This document shows, one piece after another, positions 18,655 to 28,600 of a stretch of 64,000 nt of DNA. This DNA comes from a virus. Location of the stretch: positions 13,649 to 77,648 of the IMG/VR virus record IMGVR_UViG_3300034175_000063. One strand, 5' to 3'. The notes below the pieces were generated by a model, which saw only the letters and a list, made by a program, of their open reading frames with translations, was not told the origin of the DNA and searched no databases. The number at the start of each line of letters is the position of its first letter. Position 1 is the first letter of the stretch. The translations under genes and the position numbers were made by a program.

Positions 18655-19632
18655 ATGATCACAATATCGGGCAAGAACGGCATTACAGCGAAGATCCTGG
18701 CCCACAGTATCTCGGCGGCAGGTAAGGAAATGGTCACCTGGGAGATTGAATACCCCCGGCTGATCCTTGCCGAGCTCAATACCCACCGTCAGCTGTCGCG
18801 TAACAGCTACAGCAGCCGTGCAGTACCATTCATGAAGATGCTGGAGCAGTTGGACGGCGAGCCAGTACGGTTCGGTGCCAATCAAGCCGGTATGCAGGAC
18901 AAAGGGGAAGATTTTGATGCACTGGTTGACATCGGGCCGACCATGCATATCGGTCACCCGTTCACGGTCAATCCCCAGACAGCTTGGTTGCGTGCCAAGG
19001 AAATGGCCATCAGCATCGCTAAGGCGTTCTTCGACGCCGGCTACCACAAGCAGGTCTACAACCGTCTGCTCGAATCGTTTCAGATGCAGAAGACCGTCCT
19101 CTCGGCCACCGAGGTAGATAATTTCTTCTGGCTTCGTGACGACGATGCTGCGGACCCGACGATCCGTGAGCTGGCGCGCGTCATGCGTGAAGCCAAGGAT
19201 GGAAGCACAGCTGCGCGATTGCAGCCGGGCGACTGGCACCTGCCGTATATCGAATGCTTCGCCGGCGAGTACGCTTTGAGCGACGAAGACTACACCGATG
19301 GCAAGTTCATCTCCCTGGAAGACGCCATCAAGGTGTCATGTGCTCGTTGTGCAGCGGTCAGCTACCGCAATGAGGGCTACGACCTGGCCAAGAGCCTGGA
19401 AGTCTACGACCGACTGGTCGGCAGCGAGCGTAAACACGCCTCTGCTTTCGAGCATCAGGCCACGCCGATGTTGTACAACGACTGCACTGAGCTCGTCGAT
19501 ATGCATCCGATGACGTGGGAAGCCGGCGTCACCCACATGGATCGTAGTCGCAAATTGTGGTCCGGAAACCTTCAGGGCTGGATCCAGTATCGTAAATTGA
19601 TACCAGGAGAGTGCTACGAAGCTGTTCACTAA
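18655..19632 (+). CDS. thyX: flavin-dependent thymidylate synthase
   Basis: ELNTHRQLSRNSYSSRAVP ThyX motif, HKQVYNRLLE, SCARCAAVSY, HASAFEHQA. Confidence 0.88.
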   Translation: MITISGKNGITAKILAHSISAAGKEMVTWEIEYPRLILAELNTHRQLSRNSYSSRAVPFMKMLEQLDGEPVRFGANQAGMQDKGEDFDALVDIGPTMHIGHPFTVNPQTAWLRAKEMAISIAKAFFDAGYHKQVYNRLLESFQMQKTVLSATEVDNFFWLRDDDAADPTIRELARVMREAKDGSTAARLQPGDWHLPYIECFAGEYALSDEDYTDGKFISLEDAIKVSCARCAAVSYRNEGYDLAKSLEVYDRLVGSERKHASAFEHQATPMLYNDCTELVDMHPMTWEAGVTHMDRSRKLWSGNLQGWIQYRKLIPGECYEAVH

Positions 19633-19750
19633 CACAGTTTTTAAGCAAGGGATGTATTTCCGCACGAAAATAAATCTCTTGTGCAACATGAAATCTTGGG
19701 TACTATAGGCGTTCTCCGCAGCACCTTTAGTTACCAAGTAGAAGCACCTT

Positions 19751-19793
19751 GAGCCGGCCATCCATCATTTCCTGGGGTGGTCGGCTCTTTTTT
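19751..19793 (+). terminator. intrinsic terminator between thyX and nrdJ
   Basis: GAGCCGGCCATCC / GGGTGGTCGGCTC stem followed by T6. Confidence 0.7.
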
Positions 19794-19821
19794 CGTCACC
19801 GCAGGAAAGAGAAAGAAAAAT

Positions 19822-22431
19822 ATGCAATCAACCCGTCAAAATACCTGGCGCCGGCCAGCAACTGTCTCGGCCCGCGTGTATGACAAGGGTATGGGGGAAG
19901 CGGTGGCCAACCGCACGGTGAATCGCAAGATCGACCGCCCAACATCCCGTACCCAGGTCATCGAAGTCCCGCGGCGCGACGACATCTCGCTCGATGATGA
20001 AGTCGCGGCATACTGTAAATCCCACAACCTGAAGATCGCTCCTGGTGCCGATGGCTACCATGTCGACAAGGGCGACCAAGAAACCGTTGTCATTACCCTC
20101 AACGTCATCGCCGACGTCGAGATCGAGAAGTGGGCCGACGTGGCTCATCGCGTTGCTTACGGCAATGCCATGCTCGATCCTCGCACCAACTGGGACCGCC
20201 GTGCTCCCGATTCCAGCGTCCTGCTGGCTCCCGTAGGCCCATCGGCCTTCAGTACCGAATTCGACGCAATGCACCACCACTTGCGTCAGGCATCCCTGCT
20301 GATGTCCGGCCGCCACCTGCAACATGGTGACGCCAACCAGATCAACCGCAACATGGAGGTGTTCACGAACTGCAGCACCTCGGCCATGTCGTTCCTGGAG
20401 TTTTATCTGCTGCTCAACGGCTCCGGCGTTGGCCGCTGCTATGACGACGCCATGATGCAAGTCGACTGGCGCCTGATGCCCACCGTGATCTGCACTATCG
20501 ACGGCCAGCACAAGGACGTTCAAACCGGCGAGATCACTGCCATGAGTAACCGGGATGCCCGCCATCTCTACGCTCACAAGACCATCCATGAATTCAAGGT
20601 TCCGGACAGTCGTGAAGGCTGGGCACAGGGCGCCGAGGTCGTTGAAACGATGACCTTCGCCGGCTGCTTCCGCAACGACGTCCTGATCCTGGACTTCAGT
20701 GGTGTTCGCCCACGCAATTCCCCGATCGCCGGCATGCAAGATCGTCCGGCCTCCGGCCCCGGCCCCCTCATGATTGCTATCTCCAAGGTAGCAGCCCTGC
20801 GTGACGCCGGCATGGACCCGTGGCGTGCCACGATGTACGCTGACCACTATTACGCTGAGTGCGTGCTGGTGGGTGGTGCTCGTCGTGCGGCCCGCATGGC
20901 CACCAAGTTCTGGACCGACAAGTCGATCTTCGGCTTCATTGAACTGAAACGTGGAGGCTTCCTGTGGAGCTCGAACAATTCGGTCATGGTCGACATGGAA
21001 TTCTGGGATGCGGTCAAGCACGTTGCTGCCCTGATGAAGGTCAACGGCTACGAGTTGATCGACAAGGGCGGGTTCCACAAACTGATCGGAAAGGACTGCT
21101 TCAATGAAACTCAAGTCCATGCCTGGAAAGTATTTCAGGCGGCCTGCGAGGCTTCATATCACGACGGCACTGGTGAGCCTGGCTTTATCACAGTGGAGCG
21201 TCTCACCTGGAACGGTGAAGGCAGCGAAAACCTGCTCGACGGTGAGTTCGCCGAATCGAAAAAGTACAAGCTGACACCTGAAGCAAAGCAGCTGGCCCGC
21301 GTGCTGGCCCAGGTCTGGTCGCGCATGAAGTACAAGGTCATCACCAATCCATGCGGTGAGATCGTACTGAACCTGCTGGGCGCCTACTGCGTCATCGCTG
21401 ATGTGGTGCCATTCCATGCTGGTACGGCTTACGCCAAGCCAGCAAAGGATGCAGGCGCCCGTGAGTGGATCGCCTACTGGAACAAGGTGGACGCCGACGC
21501 AGAAGATGCGTTCAAGGTGGCTGCGCGTGCCCTCATCCGGACCAACCTGATGGACAGCATGTACGGCAAGGAAGTAGCACGCACCAATCGCATTGGTGTG
21601 GGCATGACCGGCCTCCATGAGTATGCGTGGTCCCGTTTCAGCTTCGGCTGGAAGGATCTGGTCAACGAAAACGTCTCGAAAGAATTCTGGCTGATGCTGT
21701 CACGCTTCAAGCGTGCAGTCCAGCGTGAATCAGCCGAGTACGCCAAGATGATCGGCGTTGTGTGCCCGCACACTGACACGACCATGAAGCCGGCCGGCAC
21801 GACATCCAAGCTGTTCGGCCTGACCGAAGGCGCCCACCTGCCATCCATGGGTGAGTATCTTCGCTGGGTTCAGTTCCGCAACGATGACCCGCTGATCGAA
21901 ACCTACAAAGCCATGGGCTACCCGATCCGCAAGCTGCAGTCGTATAACGGCACCACCATCGTGGGCTTCCCTACCATCCCAACGATCTCCACGTTGGGTA
22001 TGGGCGACAAGCTGGTATTCGCCGGCGACGCCACTCCCGAAGAGCAGTACCAGTACCTTCGTCTGCTCGAGAAGTATTGGATCGTCGGCGTGGAAGAAGA
22101 CGGCGTGACCCCGCTCCGTGACACGGGCAACCAGGTCAGCTACACCCTGAAGTACAAGCCACAGGACACCGGGTTCCCCGAGTTCATGCGGACCTTGATG
22201 GAAGGACAGTCGACCATCCGCTGCTGCAGCGTCATGCCGCAGTCGGACACGTCGGCCTACGAGTATCTCCCGGAAGAGCCAGTGACCAAAGCTCGCTTCG
22301 AGGCCATTGTTGCGGCCATCAAAGCGGACGAGGAAGCCAGCGACGTCCAGGAAGAAGTTGGCATGGAACACGTCGACTGCGCGTCCGGAGCATGCCCGAT
22401 TAACTTCGGTGCCAACGTCAAGGACTCGTAA
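19822..22431 (+). CDS. nrdJ: ribonucleotide reductase, class II (adenosylcobalamin-dependent)
   Basis: FTNC, GSGVG, VPDSREGW, RPASGPGPL, GGARRAA, TNPCGEI finger loop, KPAGTTS, C-terminal CASGACP; no small subunit nearby. Confidence 0.9.
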   Translation: MQSTRQNTWRRPATVSARVYDKGMGEAVANRTVNRKIDRPTSRTQVIEVPRRDDISLDDEVAAYCKSHNLKIAPGADGYHVDKGDQETVVITLNVIADVEIEKWADVAHRVAYGNAMLDPRTNWDRRAPDSSVLLAPVGPSAFSTEFDAMHHHLRQASLLMSGRHLQHGDANQINRNMEVFTNCSTSAMSFLEFYLLLNGSGVGRCYDDAMMQVDWRLMPTVICTIDGQHKDVQTGEITAMSNRDARHLYAHKTIHEFKVPDSREGWAQGAEVVETMTFAGCFRNDVLILDFSGVRPRNSPIAGMQDRPASGPGPLMIAISKVAALRDAGMDPWRATMYADHYYAECVLVGGARRAARMATKFWTDKSIFGFIELKRGGFLWSSNNSVMVDMEFWDAVKHVAALMKVNGYELIDKGGFHKLIGKDCFNETQVHAWKVFQAACEASYHDGTGEPGFITVERLTWNGEGSENLLDGEFAESKKYKLTPEAKQLARVLAQVWSRMKYKVITNPCGEIVLNLLGAYCVIADVVPFHAGTAYAKPAKDAGAREWIAYWNKVDADAEDAFKVAARALIRTNLMDSMYGKEVARTNRIGVGMTGLHEYAWSRFSFGWKDLVNENVSKEFWLMLSRFKRAVQRESAEYAKMIGVVCPHTDTTMKPAGTTSKLFGLTEGAHLPSMGEYLRWVQFRNDDPLIETYKAMGYPIRKLQSYNGTTIVGFPTIPTISTLGMGDKLVFAGDATPEEQYQYLRLLEKYWIVGVEEDGVTPLRDTGNQVSYTLKYKPQDTGFPEFMRTLMEGQSTIRCCSVMPQSDTSAYEYLPEEPVTKARFEAIVAAIKADEEASDVQEEVGMEHVDCASGACPINFGANVKDS

Positions 22432-22434
22432 ACC

Positions 22435-22974
22435 ATGATCGAAACCTGGCGTCCCGTGCCCGACTATGAGGGTCTGTATGAGGTGTCCAACCTCGGTCAG
22501 ATCCGCTCCGTCGGCCGTGATGTCAGCAACAACCGGGGAGGGCTGCGTTACATGCCCGACCTGGTGCTGACATCACAGATCAACGCGAAGCGTGGCGGCT
22601 ATCACAGCGTCACGCTGAGCAAGGACGGGAGCAAGAAAACCGTCTATCTGCACCTTATGGTGCTGAGTGTCTTCGTCGGCCCGCGGCCCTCTCCAGAAAT
22701 GGAGGGATGCCACGGTGACGGCGACCCTGCAAACAACCAGTTGGATAACCTGCGCTGGGACACACCAGTGAACAACGCAGCCGACCGGAAGCTGCATGGC
22801 ACCCAGGTCAAGGGTGAAGACAGTAACAAGGCGGTGATCACCGCTGATCAGGTTCGTGAAATTCGACGGAGAGCAGAAGATGAGTCCTTCACCAGCATTG
22901 CAGCCGACCTCGGGATCTCCCGTCAACAAGTCGCCCGCATCGCCCGCGGAGAACAGTGGCAGCACGTTGTATAA
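22435..22974 (+). CDS. NUMOD4-HNH homing endonuclease
   Basis: ETWRPVPDYEGLYEVSNLGQIRS (NUMOD4), H.MVL..F, CHGDGDPANNQLDNLRW (HNH), C-terminal HTH. Confidence 0.92.
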   Translation: MIETWRPVPDYEGLYEVSNLGQIRSVGRDVSNNRGGLRYMPDLVLTSQINAKRGGYHSVTLSKDGSKKTVYLHLMVLSVFVGPRPSPEMEGCHGDGDPANNQLDNLRWDTPVNNAADRKLHGTQVKGEDSNKAVITADQVREIRRRAEDESFTSIAADLGISRQQVARIARGEQWQHVV

Positions 22975-23058
22975 ACTGTGGCCTGATTTGAAAATTCCAC
23001 CTATCAATCTGTGGAACGCTCCCCGATAATGACAACCTTTTTCCTCACTGGATCCTGA

Positions 23059-23535
23059 ATGAATTCCAAAGTCTGCACCTGCAAGAATTGCTTCAACAAC
23101 GCCATGATCGACCGCGATGTGTGCTTCAATTGCGATCGTGCAGTGACCGGTTTTACCGGCACGCTGCCCGAGAACAAGACCACCCTGCCTTACCACATCC
23201 CTTCGACGATTGCCCGTCCAAGCATCGACAATCCCGAGCGCCACCGTGCATCCGATCGTTCGCTGGCAGCACGCTATCCCCAGTATTACAAGCCGGTCGG
23301 CGACCTCAAGGAAGTCGACGTCTACGCCGTCTGCCAGCTGTTCCCGGTCGACGATCCTTCGGGCTGCATCAACCACGCCCGCAAGAAGCTGCTGATCCCC
23401 GGTGTCCGCACCGGTGGCAAAAGCATGCGCAAAGATGTTCAGGAAGCGATTGATTCTCTCAACCGCTGGATGCAGCTCAACCCTGAGCCGGCCGAGAAGA
23501 TGAAAGCCATCGACTTGACCCTGCAGCCAAAATAA
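23059..23535 (+). CDS. hypothetical phage protein (Cys-rich N-terminus, DUF3310-like helical C-terminus)
   Basis: YYK...VDVY.V..LF.V.DPSG...HA.KKLL..G.R.G.K...KD..EAID motif. Confidence 0.65.
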   Translation: MNSKVCTCKNCFNNAMIDRDVCFNCDRAVTGFTGTLPENKTTLPYHIPSTIARPSIDNPERHRASDRSLAARYPQYYKPVGDLKEVDVYAVCQLFPVDDPSGCINHARKKLLIPGVRTGGKSMRKDVQEAIDSLNRWMQLNPEPAEKMKAIDLTLQPK

Positions 23536-23619
23536 AAAAGGAGGCGTCGTCCCGACGCTCTTCCGACAATAACCGGGCCGGTGGCAACACCGCCCCTCCC
23601 AAATTCTACAAGGTGAATC

Positions 23620-24624
23620 ATGACGCAAGCGCGCTATATCAATACCTCATCCGTACCCCTGTCGATGGCGGTCTTTCTGGCCACCGACAACTACGACCAC
23701 GACGAGAAGACCATCTCGGCCACTTCCCTGATCAAGCCCCTGCGTCAGCTCATCCTGGGCGGCCGCGTGCCGCAAGAACTCAGCCTGCCTGACCTGGTGG
23801 GCATGGTTGCCTCCCGCGTCGGCTCGGCCATCCACGATGGTATCGAACGCAGCTGGCTGCACAACCACAAGCGCGCCATGGCAGCGTTGGGCTACCCTCA
23901 ACGCGTCATCGACCTGGTGGTGATCAACCCCACCAAGGAACAGCTGGCCGCCAACCCGGACCTGATCCCGGTGTACCTGGAACAGCGTGCACAGAAGCAG
24001 GTCGGCAACTACCTCGTGTCCGGCAAGTTCGACTTCGTTGGCCAAGGCCGGCTGGAGGACTTCAAGACCACCGGCACCTACTCGGCCATGTCCGGATCGA
24101 ACGACGCCAAGTACATCCTGCAGGGCAGCATCTACCGCTGGCTCAACCCCGACATCATCACCGATGACGAGATGAGCATCCAGTTCATCTTCACCGACTG
24201 GTCGGCGATGCAGGCCCGGCAGAATCCGAATTATCCGCAGAGCCGAATCCAAGAGCGCAAGCTCAAGCTGCTCAGCATCGAAGAGACGGATCGCTTCGTT
24301 CGCCAGAAGCTGTCGGACTTTGATGACCTGGTGGACCAGGACGAAGCGCAGCTGCCGCTGTGCACGGACGAAGAGCTGTGGCGCACCGAGCCAGTCTTCA
24401 AGTGGTACAAAAATCACACCCTGGAAACGGTGGCCTCGGCCGCCAAGTCGACCAAGAATTTCGACACCGAGCTCGAAGCTCGCACCCACATGCTGACCAT
24501 CGGCAAAGGGGCGGGCGTCGTCGTCACCAAACCTGGCCAGGTCAACGCCTGCAAGTATTGCCCAGGGTTCGCCGTCTGCTCGCAGAAGGATGCACTCATT
24601 GCAGCCGGCGACCTGGTACTCTAA
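23620..24624 (+). CDS. PD-(D/E)XK nuclease (N4 gp42-like)
   Basis: SGKFD...LEDFKTT, Q..IY, terminal CKYCPGFAVC; N4 synteny. Confidence 0.82.
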   Translation: MTQARYINTSSVPLSMAVFLATDNYDHDEKTISATSLIKPLRQLILGGRVPQELSLPDLVGMVASRVGSAIHDGIERSWLHNHKRAMAALGYPQRVIDLVVINPTKEQLAANPDLIPVYLEQRAQKQVGNYLVSGKFDFVGQGRLEDFKTTGTYSAMSGSNDAKYILQGSIYRWLNPDIITDDEMSIQFIFTDWSAMQARQNPNYPQSRIQERKLKLLSIEETDRFVRQKLSDFDDLVDQDEAQLPLCTDEELWRTEPVFKWYKNHTLETVASAAKSTKNFDTELEARTHMLTIGKGAGVVVTKPGQVNACKYCPGFAVCSQKDALIAAGDLVL

Positions 24625-24636
24625 AAGGAATCCCGC

Positions 24637-26802
24637 ATGAAAACCACTGATGAAATGGCCTTCCATCCGATCTCGGAAAAGCTGGTCGACATCCTGTGCA
24701 ACAAGACGCAGAACCAGAACCCATTGTTCTTCCGGGTGCTGGTCGGCTACTACTTCAGCATGATCGCATCGTCGATGCGCACCACGATCGTTACCCACGA
24801 CCGCGGCGACATCCCGGTCAACATGTACGCCCTGAACCTGGGCACATCCGGATCCGGCAAAGGCTTCTCGACGAACATCATCGAAAACGAAGTCATCAAC
24901 CGCTTCCGGAATCGCTTTCTTGAAGAAACGTTCCCACTGCTGGCCGAGCAGAACCTGCCCAAGCTGGCAGTGAAGCGCGCGGCCCGCAAGAGCGTCGATC
25001 CGGAAGAGGAACTCGTTCGCGTGCAGAAGGAATTCGATGAGCTGGGCACTCTGGTGTTCAGCTTCGACTCCGGCACGCCGGCCGCCATCAAGCAGATGCG
25101 GCACAAGCTGCTGATGGCTGATGCCGGCAGCGTCAACCTGCAGATCGACGAGATCGGTTCTAACCTGTTGGCCAGCGTCGACGTGCTCAACACCTACCTT
25201 GAACTGTACGACGTCGGCCGCATCAAGACGAAGCTGATCAAGAACACGGCGGAGAACAAGCGCAACGAAGAGATCCCCGGCCAGACGCCCACCAACATGA
25301 TGTTGTTCGGCACGCCGGCCAAGCTGCTCAACGGCGGCAAGGTCGAGGAAGAGCTGTACTCGATGCTGGAAACCGGCTACGCACGTCGCTGCTTCTTCGG
25401 CTACAGCAAAGCCAGTGACCAACCGAAGAAGCTGACGCCGAAGGAAATCTACGACCAGCTGACCGACAAGTCGTCGAACACCTGGATGGAAGACCTGGCC
25501 GACCGGCTCGATCAGCTGGCCGACATCATCAACGTCAACAAGCGCCTGGTCATGACGCTCGATACATCATTGCTGGTGATCGAGTACAAGACGAAGTGCG
25601 AAGAGATGGCCAACCTGCTGCCTGAGCACGAAGAGATCAAGAAAGCCGAGATCTCCCACCGCTATTTCAAGGCATTGAAGCTGGCCGGCGCCTACGCCTT
25701 CATCGACGATTCGCCGATCCTCACCGACGACCATTTCTACAATGCCGTCAAGCTGGCCGAGGAATCCGGAGAGGCGTTCGACAAGCTGCTCACCCGTGAC
25801 CGCAACTACGTCAAGCTGGCCAAGTATCTGGGCTCCGTGCAACGCGAAGTCACCCAGGCCGACCTGGTGGAAGACCTGCCGTTTTACCGCGGCGCGTCGG
25901 GCCAGAAGACCGAGATGCTGACCCTGGCCACAGCCTGGGGCTACAAGAACAGCATCATCATCAAGAAGTCGTTCAGCGATGGCATCGAATTCCTGCGGGG
26001 CGAAACCCTGAAGGAAAGCCATATCGACAGCATGATCGTGGCCTACAGCTCGGACATCACCGAGAACTACAGCAACGAGCGTGCCCCGTTCGACAAGCTG
26101 TTCAAGCTGACCCAGGCGCCGGGCATGCACTGGACGTCGCACCATCTAGTGGGCGGCTACCGCAACGAAGAGAATGCGATCCCTGGCTTCAATATGATCG
26201 TCATCGACGTTGATGGTACAGCCAACCTGAGCACCGTCAAGATGCTCATGGCTCAGCACAAGTTCATGATCTACACGACCAAGCGGCACACGGCAATTGA
26301 AAACCGTTTCCGCCTGATCATGCCGATCAATTACGAGCTGAAGATGGACGCCAAGGACTTCAAGGAGTTCATGGCCAACATCTTTGAATGGCTGCCGTTT
26401 GAAGTCGACGCGGCGACCAATCAGCGTGCTCGCAAGTGGATGAGCTGTGCCCAGGCGCTCGACGGTACTGATGGCCATTACGAATACAACGAAGGGGAGA
26501 TTCTCGACGCCCTGCCGTTCATTCCGAAAACCAGCAAGAACGAAGAGCGTAAGCAGCTGCTGCAGGACCAGCAGGGCATGGACAACCTGGAACGCTGGGT
26601 CATGAACAACATCGGCGACGGCAATCGTAATAACATGCTGCTCCGTTATGCGATGATCCTGGTGGATGCCGGCTTCCAAATGGAGCCGATTCGCCAGAAG
26701 GTGATGCACCTGAACGAACGCATCGCCGACAAGCTCGACGAAGCCGAGATCATGAGCACCATCATGGTGTCCATCGCCAAGGCCATCGCCAAGATGCCAT
26801 AG
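24637..26802 (+). CDS. DNA primase/replication protein (N4 gp43-like)
   Basis: GTSGSGKG P-loop, IDEIG, DVDG, YTTKRH, GNRNN PriCT-like end. Confidence 0.85.
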   Translation: MKTTDEMAFHPISEKLVDILCNKTQNQNPLFFRVLVGYYFSMIASSMRTTIVTHDRGDIPVNMYALNLGTSGSGKGFSTNIIENEVINRFRNRFLEETFPLLAEQNLPKLAVKRAARKSVDPEEELVRVQKEFDELGTLVFSFDSGTPAAIKQMRHKLLMADAGSVNLQIDEIGSNLLASVDVLNTYLELYDVGRIKTKLIKNTAENKRNEEIPGQTPTNMMLFGTPAKLLNGGKVEEELYSMLETGYARRCFFGYSKASDQPKKLTPKEIYDQLTDKSSNTWMEDLADRLDQLADIINVNKRLVMTLDTSLLVIEYKTKCEEMANLLPEHEEIKKAEISHRYFKALKLAGAYAFIDDSPILTDDHFYNAVKLAEESGEAFDKLLTRDRNYVKLAKYLGSVQREVTQADLVEDLPFYRGASGQKTEMLTLATAWGYKNSIIIKKSFSDGIEFLRGETLKESHIDSMIVAYSSDITENYSNERAPFDKLFKLTQAPGMHWTSHHLVGGYRNEENAIPGFNMIVIDVDGTANLSTVKMLMAQHKFMIYTTKRHTAIENRFRLIMPINYELKMDAKDFKEFMANIFEWLPFEVDAATNQRARKWMSCAQALDGTDGHYEYNEGEILDALPFIPKTSKNEERKQLLQDQQGMDNLERWVMNNIGDGNRNNMLLRYAMILVDAGFQMEPIRQKVMHLNERIADKLDEAEIMSTIMVSIAKAIAKMP

Positions 26803-26844
26803 TCATAAAGCGCAGGCGCCCTCCGGGCGCTTCTTCGACAATCT

Positions 26845-26871
26845 AGCAGGGCCGTTCGGTCCTGCTTTTTT
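26845..26871 (+). terminator. intrinsic terminator after primase
   Basis: AGCAGGGCC-GTTC-GGTCCTGCT followed by a T-run. Confidence 0.7.
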
Positions 26872-26887
26872 CACCTTTGGAGATCCA

Positions 26888-27625
26888 ATGTCCCAACAAC
26901 AAATCAATGACAACCTCGTGCTCATCGGCGGCAAATCCGCCACGGGCAAGTCGGCATCATTGCGTCTGCTCGAGAACCCAGAAGGCGTCGCCTACTGCAA
27001 CTGCGAGAGCGGCAAAAAGCTGCCCTTCAAGTCCAAGTTCCGCGAGTTCGTCATCACCGACCCGCTGCAGATCATCGAAGTCTTCGATTGGCTGGAGCAG
27101 CCGGAGCAAGCCCGCTATCACACGGTCGTCATCGACACGCTGACCTATCTGCTCGACATGTACGTCTCGATGTACGTCGCACCGCTGGCCGACGGGCGTG
27201 CCGCCTGGGGCCAGTTCGCTCAGTATTTCAAAAACCTGATGCAGCAGAAAGTCGCGGCCTGCTCGAAGAACGTGATCTTCCTGGCCCACACCCTGGAAAC
27301 GATGAACGAAGGTGAAATGATCATGGAGACGAAAGTCCCTGTTCAAGGTTCACTGAAGAACAACGGCATTGAGTCGTTCTTCTCCTGCGTTCTGTCGACC
27401 AAGAAGATGACCATCAAGGCATTGAAGGAGTTCGACAATCCTTTGCTGGTGATCACCGAGGAAGAACAGGCTTTGGGGTACAAACATGTATTCCAGACCC
27501 GTTTGACCAAAGAAACGAAGGACGAGCGCCTTCGTGGCCCGATGGGCATGTGGTCGGTGAAGGAAACTTACATCGACAACAATATGCAGCTGGTGTTGAA
27601 CCGCCTGCACGAATACTACGCTTGA
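26888..27625 (+). CDS. Sak4-like AAA ATPase (N4 gp44-like)
   Basis: GKSATGKS Walker A, VVIDT Walker B, IFLAH; next to ssb. Confidence 0.85.
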   Translation: MSQQQINDNLVLIGGKSATGKSASLRLLENPEGVAYCNCESGKKLPFKSKFREFVITDPLQIIEVFDWLEQPEQARYHTVVIDTLTYLLDMYVSMYVAPLADGRAAWGQFAQYFKNLMQQKVAACSKNVIFLAHTLETMNEGEMIMETKVPVQGSLKNNGIESFFSCVLSTKKMTIKALKEFDNPLLVITEEEQALGYKHVFQTRLTKETKDERLRGPMGMWSVKETYIDNNMQLVLNRLHEYYA

Positions 27626-27742
27626 ACCGCGTAGAGTTCTGTAATACACTGTTCAATTCCACCGAACACCGTTGAGTTGAGCAGAGCTTCACCAGTCTGC
27701 AACACCCACCCATTCCCAATTTATTTCTACAAGGAAACACAA

Positions 27743-28513
27743 ATGAACATGCTCGCAAATCTGAAACTCGCTGACGGCGTTGACGGTGAAGAAAAAGACG
27801 TCCTCGGCGGTGGCCGCGGTCCCCTGGAGTCGGACGCATACCCTGCGACGATCACCATGGCCTACATGAGCGAATCCGAAGGCGGCGCCACGGCCCTGAA
27901 CATCACGGCCATGACCGAAGACGGCAAGGAAATTCGCGGCGCCATCTACGTGACCTCGGGCCGTGCCAAAGGCCAGAAGACCACGTACGAAAAGGACGGC
28001 AAGACCTATCCGCTGCCTGGCTTCCTGCTGGTCAACAGCCTGTGCCAGCTGGCCACCGGCAAGGAAATCTCGCAGCTGGAAACCGAAGAAAAGGTCATCA
28101 AGCTGTACAACTTCGACGCCAAGGCTGAAGTCCCAACCAAGGTGCCTGTCGTTGTCGAGCTGCTGCAGAAGCAGATCGTCATCGGCCTGCTCAAGCAGAC
28201 CGTGGACAAGTCGGCCAAGAACGACGCCGGCGTCTACGTGGCCACGGGCGAAACCCGCGAAGAGAACGAGATCGACAAGTTCTTCTGCGCGCGTGACGGC
28301 TTTGAAAACCTGACGCTGACCGAAGTGAAGACCAAGGCAGCTGGTGGCGAAATCGAAAAGCCATTCCACGCCGACTGGGTTGAAAAGAACAAAGGCCAGA
28401 CCCGCAACAAAGCCAAGGGCGCTGCAGGTGGCGGCACGGCCGGTGCTCCAGGCAAAGCAGGCGCCGCGGCAGCAGGTGGCACTGCCAAGCCGAAGAGCTC
28501 GCTGTTCGGTTAA
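27743..28513 (+). CDS. ssb: single-stranded DNA-binding protein (N4 gp45-like)
   Basis: EKDVLGG, PLPGF, ETREENEIDKFF, Gly/Ala tail ending SLFG; N4 synteny. Confidence 0.88.
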   Translation: MNMLANLKLADGVDGEEKDVLGGGRGPLESDAYPATITMAYMSESEGGATALNITAMTEDGKEIRGAIYVTSGRAKGQKTTYEKDGKTYPLPGFLLVNSLCQLATGKEISQLETEEKVIKLYNFDAKAEVPTKVPVVVELLQKQIVIGLLKQTVDKSAKNDAGVYVATGETREENEIDKFFCARDGFENLTLTEVKTKAAGGEIEKPFHADWVEKNKGQTRNKAKGAAGGGTAGAPGKAGAAAAGGTAKPKSSLFG

Positions 28514-28558
28514 GCATCAAGAAGCACCCGGCCAGCAATGGCTGGCTGGTAGTTCAAG

Positions 28559-28584
28559 GTGCCCCAGAATACCGGGGCATTTTT
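28559..28584 (+). terminator. intrinsic terminator after ssb
   Basis: GTGCCCC-8nt-GGGGCAT followed by a T-run. Confidence 0.65.
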
Positions 28585-28600
28585 CACCCCACGAGGAATC

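Noticed and set aside
19822-22431. Intein or group I intron in the RNR (also considered for the DNA polymerase and terminase)
   Set aside because: Frames are continuous and no Cys/Ser...His-Asn splice motifs or LAGLIDADG blocks were seen
23647-25422. 591-aa minus-strand ORF
   Set aside because: Antisense shadow of the gp42-like and primase genes caused by GC-rich codon bias; no recognisable motifs
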